Origin: Candidatus Omnitrophota bacterium
GTDB lineage: Bacteria > Omnitrophota > Omnitrophia > Omnitrophales > Aquincolibacteriaceae
DNA: 64,000 nt
Direction: 5' to 3'
NCBI GenBank assembly: GCA_035352955.1
Contig: DAOPYQ010000010.1
Span: 3,145 to 67,144 of the forward strand
This document shows positions 28,277-40,100 of the stretch, one piece after another. The translations under genes and the position numbers were made by a program. Below the pieces are notes generated by a model. That model was not told the origin of the DNA. It did no database searches and was given only the letters and a program-made list of their open reading frames with translations. Within the stretch, counting starts at the first letter, position 1, and each line of letters starts with the position of its first letter.

Positions 28277-31072
28277 ATGGCGTCATCCGAAGCACAGGTG
28301 CCTTCAACCGCATCCGCCGGCAAGCCGGTGGTCTCCATCAAGGAAGTCACCCACCGCTATGGCAAGGTTGTAGCGCTCGACAGTATTTCCCTCGATATCC
28401 CAAGCGGTCTGATGGTCGGCATCATCGGTCCTGACGGCGTCGGAAAGTCGACGCTCATGGCTCTGATCGCGGGATCTAAAACGATCCAACAGGGGCAGGT
28501 GACCGCCCTCGGCGGGGAAATGACCGATGCCGTGCACCGCCGCCGTGCGTGCCCTCGGATCGCCTACATGCCGCAGGGGTTGGGTAAGAACCTTTACCTC
28601 GAGCTCAGCGTGTATGACAATGTCGATTTTATGGCGCAACTTTTCGGCCTTTCTGTGGCGGAGCGTCCGGTCCGCGTGAAGCAACTTCTCGAAGCTACGG
28701 GGCTCGCGCCGTTCGCGGATCGTCCCGCGGGGAAACTTTCCGGAGGGATGAAACAAAAGGTCGGACTTTGCGGCGCGTTGGTCCATGATCCCGACCTTTT
28801 GATCCTCGATGAGCCCACCACGGGGGTCGACCCTCTCTCGCGCCGGCAATTTTGGACGCTGATTAACGATATTCGCGCCAGTCGTTCCGGCATGAGCGTT
28901 CTTATTTCCACCGCTTACATGGACGAGGCGGCGCAGTGGGACTGGATCGTGGCGATGGATGCCGGACGCGTTCTGGCAACGGGAACGCCTGCGGAGTTGA
29001 TGAAACGGACGGGGACTGAGGACCTGGAAAAGTGTTTCATTGGGCTTCTTCCGGAAGAAAAAAGAATGGGGCATACGGAGCTTGCCATCCCGCCGCGCGC
29101 GGCGGGAAAAGCGGATATTGTGATCGACTCGAAAGGCCTGACCCGCCGTTTTGGCAGTTTCACCGCGGTCGATCACGTGACTCTTTCCATCGAGTGCGGT
29201 GAGATCTTTGGGTTTCTCGGTTCCAACGGTTGCGGCAAATCCACGACCATGAAGATGTTGACGGGACTCTTGCCCCCGACGGAGGGAACCGCCACGCTTT
29301 TTGGAAGCTCGGTCGAAGCGGGAAGCATGGAAGTGCGGAAGAACCTCGGTTACATGACGCAGGCGTTCTCGCTTTACGGCGAGTTGACGGTCCGGCAAAA
29401 CCTTGTCTTGGACGCGCTCCTCTATCATATTCCGGCAAAAAAGACAGAGGAACGCATCAAAGAGCTGGTGGAAAAATTCGGATTGGGTCCGCATCTCGAT
29501 TCGTTGGCCGATTCTCTGCCTATGGGGCTGCGTCAGAGGCTTTCGTTGGCGGTTGCGGTATTGCATGAACCCAAAATATTGATTCTGGATGAACCGACTT
29601 CCGGGGTCGATCCGGTCGCAAGGGACAGCTTTTGGGAGCTGCTGATCGATCTTTCGCGAAAGCAGGGTGTGACGATCTTTATCACCACGCACTTCATGAA
29701 CGAAGGGATGCGTTGCGACCGGATCTCGCTTATGAATGCGGGGAAGGTCCTGGCCTGTGACGCTCCTCAAAAGTTGATTGAAACGCGGGGAGCGGCCAAC
29801 CTCGAAGATGCGTTTATCGGTTACATGGAAGATGCCATGGCCGATGCCGGGTCCGCCGCCAAAGGCAAGGTCAAGAGCTCCGGCGGCGGGGTTGCAGCCG
29901 AGCGGCCGGAGGCTCCGAAAGATTTGAAGCAACCTTCCGGTTTTAAACTGCGGCTCGGCCGGACGCTCGCCTATGTCCGGAATGAAACCATGCAGATCCT
30001 TCGCGATCCCGTGAGGCTGGTTTTTTCCTTTGTCGGCTCTGCGCTACTGATGCTCGTTTTTGGTTTCGGCATCACCACGGACATTGAGCATATCCGCTAC
30101 GCCTCATTTGACCTCGATCAGTCGCCGGAAAGCCGCGCCTATCTCGAGCAATTCGCCGGAACCCCGCGATATTTCACGCCGACTGCGCCGGTTCGTTCTG
30201 CAGAGGAAGGCTTGCACCGGCTGCAGGCGGATGACGTGTCCGTGGTCCTTGAAATACCGCCCAACTTCGGCAGGGATTTCCGCCGGGGGAACGCCCCGGA
30301 GGTCCTGGCCCAGGTGGATGCCGCCATGACCTTCCGCGGTGAGACGGTCGCCCAGTATGTTCAGGCGGTCAATACGACCATGTTGCAGAATCCCGCGAAC
30401 GGGTTGCAGGTCGGTCCCCGGAAAGATACGGCGACCTTTGAAGAGCGTTACATGTACAATCCTACGTTTGAAAGCGTCTATTCGATCGTGCCGAGCATTC
30501 CGGCCCTGCTTCTGGTGCTCATTCCGGCGATCCTGATGGCGGTGAGTATTGTCCGTGAAAAAGAGCTTGGTTCCATGATCAACTTTTACGTGACGCCGAC
30601 GGGAAGGCTGGAATATCTTTTGGGGAAGCAGATCCCTTATATCGCGATCGCGATGATCAACTTTTTTATTTTAGCGGGCATGGCGCGATTCATTTTTGGG
30701 GTGCCGGTCAAAGGCAGTTTTTTGATGCTGGCCTTCACCACGTTGCTTTATGTCACCGCGACGACTGGGATCGGCATGATGATCTCAAGTTTTACCACGA
30801 GCCAGGTGGCAGCCGTTTTTGTCACCGCGATCCTTACGATCACGCCGACCATACAATTTTCGGGTCTGTTGCAGCCGGTGTCGACCCTGATGGGGAAGGC
30901 CAAGCTGATCGGTTCGATCTGGCCGACCACCTATTACATGCACTCAAGCGTGGGGGCCTATACCAAGGGGCTGAGCCCCGGGCTTATGATGCAGGACGTT
31001 GTTTTCCTGGCGTGCTGTATCCCGGTCTTCTGGGCGGTCAGCATGCTCGGACTCAGAAAGCAGGAGAAATAG
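28277..31072 (+). CDS. Fused ABC transporter with two ATP-binding domains and a C-terminal ABC-2 permease (RbbA/YhiH-like).
   Basis: Two Walker A motifs (GPDGVGKST, GSNGCGKST), two ABC signatures (LSGGMKQK, LPMGLRQR), two Walker B motifs (LLILDEPT, ILILDEPT), and a C-terminal 6-TM ABC-2 domain. Confidence 0.9.
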   Translation: MASSEAQVPSTASAGKPVVSIKEVTHRYGKVVALDSISLDIPSGLMVGIIGPDGVGKSTLMALIAGSKTIQQGQVTALGGEMTDAVHRRRACPRIAYMPQGLGKNLYLELSVYDNVDFMAQLFGLSVAERPVRVKQLLEATGLAPFADRPAGKLSGGMKQKVGLCGALVHDPDLLILDEPTTGVDPLSRRQFWTLINDIRASRSGMSVLISTAYMDEAAQWDWIVAMDAGRVLATGTPAELMKRTGTEDLEKCFIGLLPEEKRMGHTELAIPPRAAGKADIVIDSKGLTRRFGSFTAVDHVTLSIECGEIFGFLGSNGCGKSTTMKMLTGLLPPTEGTATLFGSSVEAGSMEVRKNLGYMTQAFSLYGELTVRQNLVLDALLYHIPAKKTEERIKELVEKFGLGPHLDSLADSLPMGLRQRLSLAVAVLHEPKILILDEPTSGVDPVARDSFWELLIDLSRKQGVTIFITTHFMNEGMRCDRISLMNAGKVLACDAPQKLIETRGAANLEDAFIGYMEDAMADAGSAAKGKVKSSGGGVAAERPEAPKDLKQPSGFKLRLGRTLAYVRNETMQILRDPVRLVFSFVGSALLMLVFGFGITTDIEHIRYASFDLDQSPESRAYLEQFAGTPRYFTPTAPVRSAEEGLHRLQADDVSVVLEIPPNFGRDFRRGNAPEVLAQVDAAMTFRGETVAQYVQAVNTTMLQNPANGLQVGPRKDTATFEERYMYNPTFESVYSIVPSIPALLLVLIPAILMAVSIVREKELGSMINFYVTPTGRLEYLLGKQIPYIAIAMINFFILAGMARFIFGVPVKGSFLMLAFTTLLYVTATTGIGMMISSFTTSQVAAVFVTAILTITPTIQFSGLLQPVSTLMGKAKLIGSIWPTTYYMHSSVGAYTKGLSPGLMMQDVVFLACCIPVFWAVSMLGLRKQEK

Positions 31073-31073
31073 C

Positions 31074-32198
31074 ATGGCGTCCCTTCTGAATATTTTCTGG
31101 CTCGGGCTCAAGGAGATCCGCAGTCTCATCAGCGATAAGGTGATGCTTCTGTTCGTCATTTATGCGTTTACCATGGCGATCTACGTCCAGGCGACGGGAA
31201 CCTCGAACGAAGTCAACAACGCCTCGATCGCTTTTGTGGATGAGAATAATTCGACCTTGTCCAAGGAGCTGATCAACGCGTTTTACCCTCCGCGTTTCCA
31301 GATCCCCAAAAAGATCACCGCGAGTGAAGTGGAAGATTCGATGGACCGGGGACTCTTCATGTTCGTGGTTGCGATCCCTCCGAGGTTTGAAGACGACCTC
31401 CGGTTTGGGCGGAATCCGGAGATCCAGATCAATATCGACGCCACAGCCATGCAGCAGGCCGGGATCGGTACGAACTACATCAAGAACATCATCAACGGCC
31501 GTATCTCGAACTATTTGAAACGCACCGATGAAAAGCAGTCGGCGCCGGTCACGTTGATCATTCGCAAGCTTTTTAATCCGAACGGAACGGCCTCCTGGTT
31601 TTTGAGCGTGGTGGCCATCATTAACCAGATCACGTTGCTTACGATCGTTCTGACGGGTGCCGCGGTGATCCGGGAGCGCGAACACGGGACGTTGGAGCAT
31701 CTGCTTGTCATGCCGCTCACCGCCTTTGAGATCGCTATGGCGAAGGTGTGGGCCAACGGGCTGGTGATCCTGATCGCGACCGGGATGTCTCTTTTCGGTG
31801 TGGTTCAGATGGCGTTGAAGGTGCCGTTTGCCGGCTCGCACCTGCTTTGGTTTTTTGGCGTGATCCTCTATCTGTTCTTTGCGACGGCGCTCGGGATATT
31901 CCTCGGGACGATCTCGCGGTCCATGGCGCAGTTCGCGCTTTTGAATATTTTGATGGTTCTCGTACTGATGCTCCTTTCCGGGGGATCGACGCCGGTCGAA
32001 AGCCAGCCGGAATGGCTCCAGCGCATTACGTTCTTTCTGCCTTCAAGGCATTTTGTCAGTTTTTCGCAGGTGATTATTTACCGGGGCGGCGGATTGAGCG
32101 CGGTCTGGCGCCAGTTTTTGATGGTGAGCGCGATTGGTCTCGGCTTCTTTGTTTACAGCCTTGGCTTTTTCCGGAAATCGATCGCGGTCACGAAATAA
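31074..32198 (+). CDS. ABC-2 family permease (YhhJ-like).
   Basis: ATG at 31074 follows the ABC stop. 374 aa with a large periplasmic loop then 6 TM segments. A paralog of the C-terminus of the preceding gene. Confidence 0.8.
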   Translation: MASLLNIFWLGLKEIRSLISDKVMLLFVIYAFTMAIYVQATGTSNEVNNASIAFVDENNSTLSKELINAFYPPRFQIPKKITASEVEDSMDRGLFMFVVAIPPRFEDDLRFGRNPEIQINIDATAMQQAGIGTNYIKNIINGRISNYLKRTDEKQSAPVTLIIRKLFNPNGTASWFLSVVAIINQITLLTIVLTGAAVIREREHGTLEHLLVMPLTAFEIAMAKVWANGLVILIATGMSLFGVVQMALKVPFAGSHLLWFFGVILYLFFATALGIFLGTISRSMAQFALLNILMVLVLMLLSGGSTPVESQPEWLQRITFFLPSRHFVSFSQVIIYRGGGLSAVWRQFLMVSAIGLGFFVYSLGFFRKSIAVTK

Positions 32199-32313
32199 TG
32201 CTCGCAACGCGTAAAGCTCAACGCACCATGTAAAAATAACTAGCGATTCGTTGCGCGTTGTGCGTGGCGCGCCGAACTGTTATTAATGTGGAAATGTTTA
32301 AAGGAGAATCGAT

Positions 32314-33717
32314 ATGAAAAAAACGACTTTATTGTGTTTGCTGACCCTGCTCGTTTCCGGTTGCGCGATCGGTCCCCGGTATCGCGAGCCTAAGATGGAG
32401 CTGCCTCAAAGTTACCGCAGTTACAAGACTCTTGAGCAGGGAGAGTCGATGGTCAACCTGCCGTGGTGGAAAGTTTTCGATGACAAGCAGCTGCAGGAGG
32501 TGATCCGCGAGACCCTGGTCAATAACTACGACTTGCGTGCTGCGGCGGCACGGGTGGACGAAGCGCGGGCCATGGTGGGCGTGACGCGGGCTCAGATCAT
32601 GCCTCAGACGGACCTGACGAGCGGCGTTTCACGCGATCGGAACTCACAGGTTCTTTATCCCGGTCTCGACCGGTTGACCTCGACCATGACCGGAGGATTC
32701 AGCACGGCGTGGGAGCTTGACGTTTGGGGAAAGATCCGCCAGTCGATCCGTGCCGCGCAGGCGCAGTATCTGGCAACGGAAGACGCCCGCCGCGGGGTCA
32801 TGGTCACGCTTGTGGCAGATGCCGCTCAGACTTATTTCACGCTTCTGGAACTGGATCTGGAACTTGATATTGCCCGGAAAACCCTCAAAACCCGCGGAGA
32901 CAACCTGGATCTTTTTCAGAAGCGACAAAAAGGGGGAGTGGCTTCGGGTCTTGAGGTGGCGCGGGCCGAGGCTGATTATGAACAGACGGCGGCCAATATT
33001 CCTGATATTGAACGCCAGATCGAGATTCAGGAAAACAAACTTTCGGCATTGCTTGGCCGGAACCCCGGCGCTGTTTCAAGGATTTCGGATATCGATAAAG
33101 AGACATTGGCCCTTGGGTTACCGGGCACAGGTCTTCCTTCCGAAGTGTTGAAGCGCCGGCCGGATATCATGGAAGCGGAGCAGCTTTTAAGGGCGGCGAA
33201 TGCGCAGGTAGGGGTCTCTGTCGGTGAATTCATGCCGAAGGTGAATTTGAATAATTTTGTCGGCGGCGGCGGAGAGAGGCCTTCCGAGATTTTTAATGGC
33301 AAGGGGTATACGTGGTCGATCGGCGGGGATGTGGATATGCCTGTTTTTAAGGGGGGAAAGAATGTTTACGGTTACAAGGCCGCCCAAGCCAAATGGCAGC
33401 AGTCCGTGGCGTCTTACAAGCAGGTGGTGATCGGTGCGTTCCAGGAGGTCGCTAATGCTTTGGCGGACATCGAAAAATATAAGGTTGTACGCGCGGCACA
33501 GGAAAAACAGGTCGCGGCCCTGGCTGAATCCGTGAAACTTTCCCTGGCGCGTTATGAGGGGGGGCTTTCCAGCTATACCGAGGTCCTGGACGCAGACCAG
33601 CAATATTACAGCGCTCAAAACACCCTCGCGCGAACGCAGGGCTCGCAGCTGGTCTCTTACGTCCAGCTTTACCGTGCGTTGGGCGGGGGATGGCAGCCTG
33701 AGGATATTAAGAAATAA
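32314..33717 (+). CDS. Outer-membrane efflux lipoprotein (NodT/OMF family).
   Basis: Lipoprotein signal LLTLLVSGCAIG. TolC-like repeats. Confidence 0.85.
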   Translation: MKKTTLLCLLTLLVSGCAIGPRYREPKMELPQSYRSYKTLEQGESMVNLPWWKVFDDKQLQEVIRETLVNNYDLRAAAARVDEARAMVGVTRAQIMPQTDLTSGVSRDRNSQVLYPGLDRLTSTMTGGFSTAWELDVWGKIRQSIRAAQAQYLATEDARRGVMVTLVADAAQTYFTLLELDLELDIARKTLKTRGDNLDLFQKRQKGGVASGLEVARAEADYEQTAANIPDIERQIEIQENKLSALLGRNPGAVSRISDIDKETLALGLPGTGLPSEVLKRRPDIMEAEQLLRAANAQVGVSVGEFMPKVNLNNFVGGGGERPSEIFNGKGYTWSIGGDVDMPVFKGGKNVYGYKAAQAKWQQSVASYKQVVIGAFQEVANALADIEKYKVVRAAQEKQVAALAESVKLSLARYEGGLSSYTEVLDADQQYYSAQNTLARTQGSQLVSYVQLYRALGGGWQPEDIKK

Positions 33718-34151
33718 AGCATTGAACGAAGTCTTTCTTGTCTCGGTTCTCCGGTAAGCAAGCCGGATTCTGAACCGGCGACATGTCTCATGTCCGGATT
33801 TCTCTGACGACCTCCCGCGCAGAACGATCGATCTCTACGGCTGGTTTCTGGAGGCAGCCCTTGTTTCGGCCGGCCAATCCCGTGTAATGCCGTCTTCCTG
33901 AAAAGCATTCCTCCCCAAAGGAAAAATTCGTATTTTCCTGTATTTGGACGACCTCTATGCAAAAGCGTATTTTATTTATCTGCTAAATCGATGCAACCTA
34001 TTGCAGCAAAATGAGTTACGATATTTTCCAAGAATTTGACGATTCGAGAAGCGTCGTGTATACTTCAGATAATTAGAAAACTTATAAAAAGGTATTACAT
34101 AGTAGGTCATTCCTGTAGGTCCCAGGTGCGCTCCTGGCTAAAAAAATAACT

Positions 34152-37100
34152 ATGAACAAACAATCCCGACCCTCGTGGATGTGTAGGGGAATTTCTTTTT
34201 TTGTGGCCGTCGTATTCTTGACGACCACGATCCTGTGGGATCCGTCCGCTGTGCTCGCGGCAGTAGGGGGAATGGCGCTGCGGGAGCAGGAACAATTTCG
34301 AAAAGATCTGCAAAGTTACCTCTATACGTTGCCGTCTGAGATCGGCACTTTACATGAAATAGTGGATGGCGGAGGGCGGAGGGCGGATGGAGCAAGCAGT
34401 GTTTCGCCAACCTCCAACCTCCAACCTCCATTCGAATTTGTTATTCATATCCAAGACGCTCACGCCAATCCCGAGGCTCAGCGGAATATCTATCGAACGC
34501 TGAAATTTCTTGCCGAAAAATATCCCGGTCTTTCCGTCGCTATCGAAGGCGCGGAGGGACCGCTTTACCCTGAGTATCTGGATCTTTTCCGGGAATTTCC
34601 GGCGGCGAATCAGGCCGTGATCGAAGACCTCCTTCAAAAAGGGGAATTGACCGGCGCGGAGCTTTTTGTATGGGACAATTACAGAGCAACGCGCAACGCG
34701 CAAGGCGCGACGGGAAAGACGAATGCGTTGAGCGTTGAGCGTGGTGCGTTGATCGCACCGAAGGTTCAGGGTGTTGAAAACACCGAACTCTACGCCTCCA
34801 ACCTCAGGGCCTACCGCGATCTGCTTTTTAAACGCGGCGATATTCAAAAACTCCTGATCCCCATTCGTGAGAGACTCGAAAAGGAAAGCTCGCGTGCGCT
34901 TAACCCCGGGCTTCGCGGGTTTCTGAAAGAGCGCGACCGCCGCAAAGAAGGCCGCTATGACGTGTCCGGTACGGTTTCGGACGCCAATCTCCAGGCCTAT
35001 GTTCGTACGCTTCGCAAGGAAATCTCAAAAACCCTTGCGATCGATCTGAATGATGCGATCGAGCAGCTGCGTTTCCCGAACCTGGTCCGTGTGGTTCTTC
35101 TTGAGAAGAACGGACAGGGATTCGACCGCGCGCGTGCCGCGGACGAATGGAAAAAACTGATCGAAGAGATCCGTCCGGCCGCTAAAACCGTCGCCGAGAA
35201 GCAGCTGGTCGAGGCTTTGTCGGTTTATGGAGCGGAAAAGGTGGGGCTGGAAAAAAACAGCGCAACGGAAAACTCTTCCGCGAAGGTTGGCCGTGGCATG
35301 TTGGGCGCGCCGGAAGCGCTTTATCCCCGCAAGCTCCTTGAACGCTTGTCTGTTTTCGCCCGGGGACACAAGATCGACCTGGCCGACCGCAAGGCGTTCC
35401 TCGAGAGCCTGAAGTTTTTGATCTTCCAATCCGAGATCGATGTGACGGGTCTTATGAGTGAAATGGATTCCCTGGAGTCGCAGCTCATCGCAAAGCTTTC
35501 GCGAACGGATGCGGAAAAAGAGTTCGTCCGGCAGTTAGAGAATTCCGGGCTTCTCGTTAAACTTCTTTCACTGGAACTTTCGCGTGCCGAGTACCGGAAG
35601 GCTCTTGAAGTCCGCGGAGATCTTGCGGTGTTGGTCAAAGGCAACAAGAATCTCCTGGCCGCGCTCGAAAAGGCCTTTTCCTTTTATGAAGGCACGCTCA
35701 AGCGTGACGGGGCCTTGGCGGAGAATACTCTTGCCCTTTCAAAACAGGATGGCGGAAGGCGGATGGCCGATGGAGCAAGCGGATTTTCGTCACCCTTCAT
35801 GCTCCATCCCTCATCCCGATTGGTGGTGCTGATCACCGGCGGCTTTCACTCCGAAGGCGTCCGCGAGGCCCTGGTCGAGCAAGGCGCCGGTTATGCGAGC
35901 CTGACACCGCGGATCTCGAAGACCGATCATGGCGAAATGTACCAGAGGGTCATGGCGGACGATAACGCGGACCTGAGCGCCTATTTCAAAGTGAAGAACC
36001 CGTTCCTCACGAAACAGGAAGCCCTTCTTTTCAAGGAAACCCTCGAAATTGCGGCTCCGGTCCTTTCTGGAACCTATCAGATCACAGGTGCCGACAAGGC
36101 TCGCCGGGTCCAGAACGCTTTTGCGGACAGTCCCGTTCTTTCCCGGGCGACCGCCGCGGAGAATTTGCAGGATCCTGCGGAGCTTCGTTTTTCTCCGAGA
36201 TCCGCCGGAGCCATGCTGCCCCAAAACGCCGCGATCCCGTCCGTTCCTGTGACCGCGGGCCAGGAATTTGCCGCCCATGTCGCGCGTGCCGGGTCCGTGG
36301 TTGTGTCGACTGTTCCCGCCGATGTTTCCTTTACCGGTCCTTCAGTGGTCACGGTTTCCGGGGCGCGTCAACTGTCCGGGACGTTCCCCGGATCGTCGAC
36401 GGCTACTACCCCAGTCGATTTCCGCGCGGAGAAACGGGAGAGTCCCCAGACCTCTTCGGTCGCTGAAGGCGTTGAATTTTCGGAGCTTCTTGCAGGGAAA
36501 GTGCTGTCCGAGGGGACGAAGAATCGTTGGCGGAGTTTGTTGGCATCGGATCCTGTTTTCCAGGAGTTTATCCGGCGGTACAGGGGGAGCCTTGAAATTT
36601 TGGTCCGATCGGGGCGCGGCGAGCAGGCGTTTGCCCGGGAGTTGCTCGAGAAGTTCCCGAAGACCGATTGGGGGGCGTCGGTTGCGGAAGGCATTGAGCT
36701 ATCAGCGTTGCTTGCGGGTGAGGCATTCTCCCCGGAGGCTAAAGATCGATGGAGAGCTTTGCTTGGATCGGATCCTGCATTCAAACAATTCATTTTAAAG
36801 TACCGGGATCGTCTTGAATTATTCGCCGGATCCCAAAGCCGTGGCGACCGTGAGTTTGCACGGGAGGTGCTGGGAAGGGTTTCCCGCGCTGAATTGCGTG
36901 CCATCGAGGAAACGAACGCAAAACTCGAAGCTTCGGATCGCGCGGAACGGCGGGGCGTTTCGTACGAAGCGGTATTCGGTGTAATGAACGCGGGGTTCCT
37001 CGACCGGGTGCGTTCCGGAAAAACCGTTTCGTCTGATGAACATATCTTGATGGATCTCCGTTCCAAAGCTTTAAGGGAACTCGGCGCCGCTTTTGACGAG

Positions 37101-40100
37101 GATAGCGCGGATGAGGCCGTCCGGAGGATCAGGGAAGAAGTGATCCCTTCGTTCCTTGTCGCCGCGGATGCCGGACAGCGCGAACTCCTGCGGGACCTGT
37201 TGCTGAAACAGGCGCGTCAATACCACGAGCTTGTGCGTGGTTTCGGGACGGTCGCCTTTGATAAAGACCGGGATACCCGGCAGACGCTTGGGGCCAAGGA
37301 AGACGTTCATGAGGATGTTCTCTACGCGAGCTTTCAGGCCATGGATATGCTGACCGTTTTGGGCGATGAGAAAGCTTTAACGGAACTCATCAATCTTTCC
37401 CGCGAAGGTCTCCAGGCCCACTCTCAAAGCCGCGGGCTTCAAAAACTTATCGACGGTGTGGACAAACTTGAAAAGGAACAACGTCAGGATGACGCTTGGA
37501 AAGCCCTCGTGGAACAGTCGAGCGTTTACGAAGCGGTCCGGCGCTGGACCGTCCAGCAATGCATGCTTTTGCAGAGCGTGAGCCGTATTGCCCGGCAACT
37601 ACCGCAGAGCGGTGCGCGAGACGCCGCGGTCCGGCTATTGGCGGATATTTTGCTGGATCATGACGCAACGGCGGAGGGATATTACTGGCTTCGCCAGCAG
37701 GCGGCTTACCGGCTCAGGGATTTCGACTCGGATGTCGCCGTGCAGGCGCTTGACCGGGAAGCTTCCAATAAAACGCGTCCGCCTGCGACGACGATCTTTA
37801 TCACACCCAATCTGGACGCCGCAAACGATGACACGATGAGTGTTCAGCTTCAGGCCGGGATGAGCCGGATGCATATTCACAGGACTCGCGCTTTTGTGTC
37901 GCTTCGCGATCACTCGGATGACTTCTTGAGTTCACCGGAGTTCGAATCTTCGCAGAACAGGTTCGCGCGGCTCGTCGGTATCCAGGACGCTCTGATCGAT
38001 CCGGTGATCAGCGAAGCGATCCGCATTAAAACGCTGGAGAGAATCGGAAAGGCCCAAGGCGATGCTTTCGCGCTGGCGGGGAATATCCTTCTCGACGCGC
38101 TGGAGGAAATGATGGCACAAAAGCCCGGCGAGATCTTTTCTTCGAAAGGACGTCAAGGCTTGTTGACCCCGGGTGTTAAAAAAGCCGCTCTTAAAGCTTT
38201 CATGAGAATCGCCGGAGCGGTCGGCAGCCGATTGGAAAATAATTCCAAGCTTTACGCCGGATTTCGATCGGCGATCGGAAGGGCGGCTGCGAACGGTAGC
38301 GGCATTGCCGAAGCTCTTCATCTGACGCATGTCGCTTTGGCGAATCTAGACCGGATCGCCCAACTTGCCAGTTTTGAAGAAGGGGCGACCCGTCTGGACC
38401 TTTCACGGAACATCATTATCGAATCGGGCGGCGGTGCAGCCGTGGCGATGGCGGGCGTGGTCCACCGGATGACGACTGACCCTGCGCTTGCGGTGATCAG
38501 CGGAACGGATAACGGAGGCGGAACGCTGCTCGTGCGGGGACGTAATGCCGCTCAATTCGGGGTGCCAACCACGGCGATGGGAGACACGACCCGGTTTGCG
38601 TGTGAAGCGGCCGTGATGGAAAGCGCTCCTGCGGCTTTGATTATCCGCGCGCTGATGTCCTACCGGTGCAGCAAAGGCGCAAAAAGTTTTGTGGATGAAC
38701 TGGGCCAGATCAAAGACGATCTTTTCAAAAAAGCGCGTCAAGCCAACGGGGAAGAGGCCTTCAAAAAGGTTTTTGACCGGGTGCTGGAGATCGCCAAGCG
38801 TGTGGATGCCACGGGACAGGCGGTTGAATTCAACAGTGTCCGGAACCTTGTGCATGACGGTCTTCAGCTCATGACAGAGGGGCAAGGCGAAGAATCGATG
38901 AACCTGGATGCCGTCTATGCCGGGTTCGGCTTGTTCCGGGACCTGGTCGGATCAAAGGGGTTTGCGGTGGTCGATACTCCTTATGGTAATGAAATGGTCG
39001 TCACGACGAATGACGGGCAGGAAAAAATAGGGCAGGATTTTTTCTCCCACACGCCTTCCGGCACCCGTTTCGGCCGCGAACGCCGCATCAGCCGGATGAA
39101 AGATGTCAGCAATTATTATCCCGATATTCCGCTGCACAGCCGCGTCAGTCCTACGATCAAAAATGCGGATCTCATTCTCTCCGGGCTTTCGAGCTGGGGG
39201 ACAAGCCTCGGGATCCTTTTCAAGAATCCCGGCATTGTCAGCGCGATGGAGGCCAATCATAAGGCGACAAAGATCCTTCTGGCGAATCCCGTCCGGGACG
39301 ATGAAACGCGCGGCATGATCTGGCGGGAAGCTGTCGATGATTTTATTCATCATATGGCCGGCGTCCCCGTGGAATCTTTGTGGAACCGGATCTTGACGAC
39401 CGCGAACACGGATCTGGATCTTCCGATCGATACGGCGATGCCTCAAATGGGAACGAAACGGGATGCCCATGACGGAAAAATGGGAGGGTATACGGGCGCC
39501 AACACGCCGACCAACGCGGATATCGAGGCATTGCAAAAACGCGGTATCCAGGTGAACGTTTCGCGCAACTGGACCGAAGTGAAAATGACGCCGCGCCGGA
39601 CCAATCCGGATCTTTTTAACGCGTCGATCCTTGCGGTCTCTGAAGAACTGGCGCAGGCCCTTTGGGAAATCATGAAGACAACCACGCAGAAAAAACTGAC
39701 GCCGCTTCCGATCTTCACGCTTATTGAGCGTCACGAAGAGCTCTCGGAGAAGCTGCAGCAGGCGGGTTTGACCCTCGAAATGCTCGGGCTTTCGGATGTT
39801 CACAAGCTTATTTTTCATCCGGGTCTTGTCAAAGAATTTACGGCTTGGCTGAATGAGGGAACGGTTCCGGCCTGGATCGCGGAAAAAGGACCCGAAGAAG
39901 GCTGGGTCGAATATACGCTTCGCCGAGCGATCGAAGAAACCACCGGGACGCGCATGGATCCCGGGGCCATTCGTCTGGACCGACCGCTCACGATACTGCA
40001 AAAGGGCGGCCGGACGGTTATGGTGGAGTTCCTTTCGAAAGAACGGACCGATCAGGTTTTTCATGCTAGTCGCGTTCCCATCGCAAGCGATCTTAATAAA

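Noticed and set aside
28304-29932. 542-aa minus-strand ORF spanning the ABC-ATPase gene.
   Set aside because: Antisense to unmistakable tandem Walker A / signature / Walker B motifs on the plus strand. The translation is Arg/His-rich low complexity.
34690-34720. Possible Walker-A P-loop (NAQGATGKTN) near the N-terminus of the giant protein.
   Set aside because: The spacing is AxxxxGKT, not GxxxxGK[ST]. No Walker B or other NTPase motifs follow.
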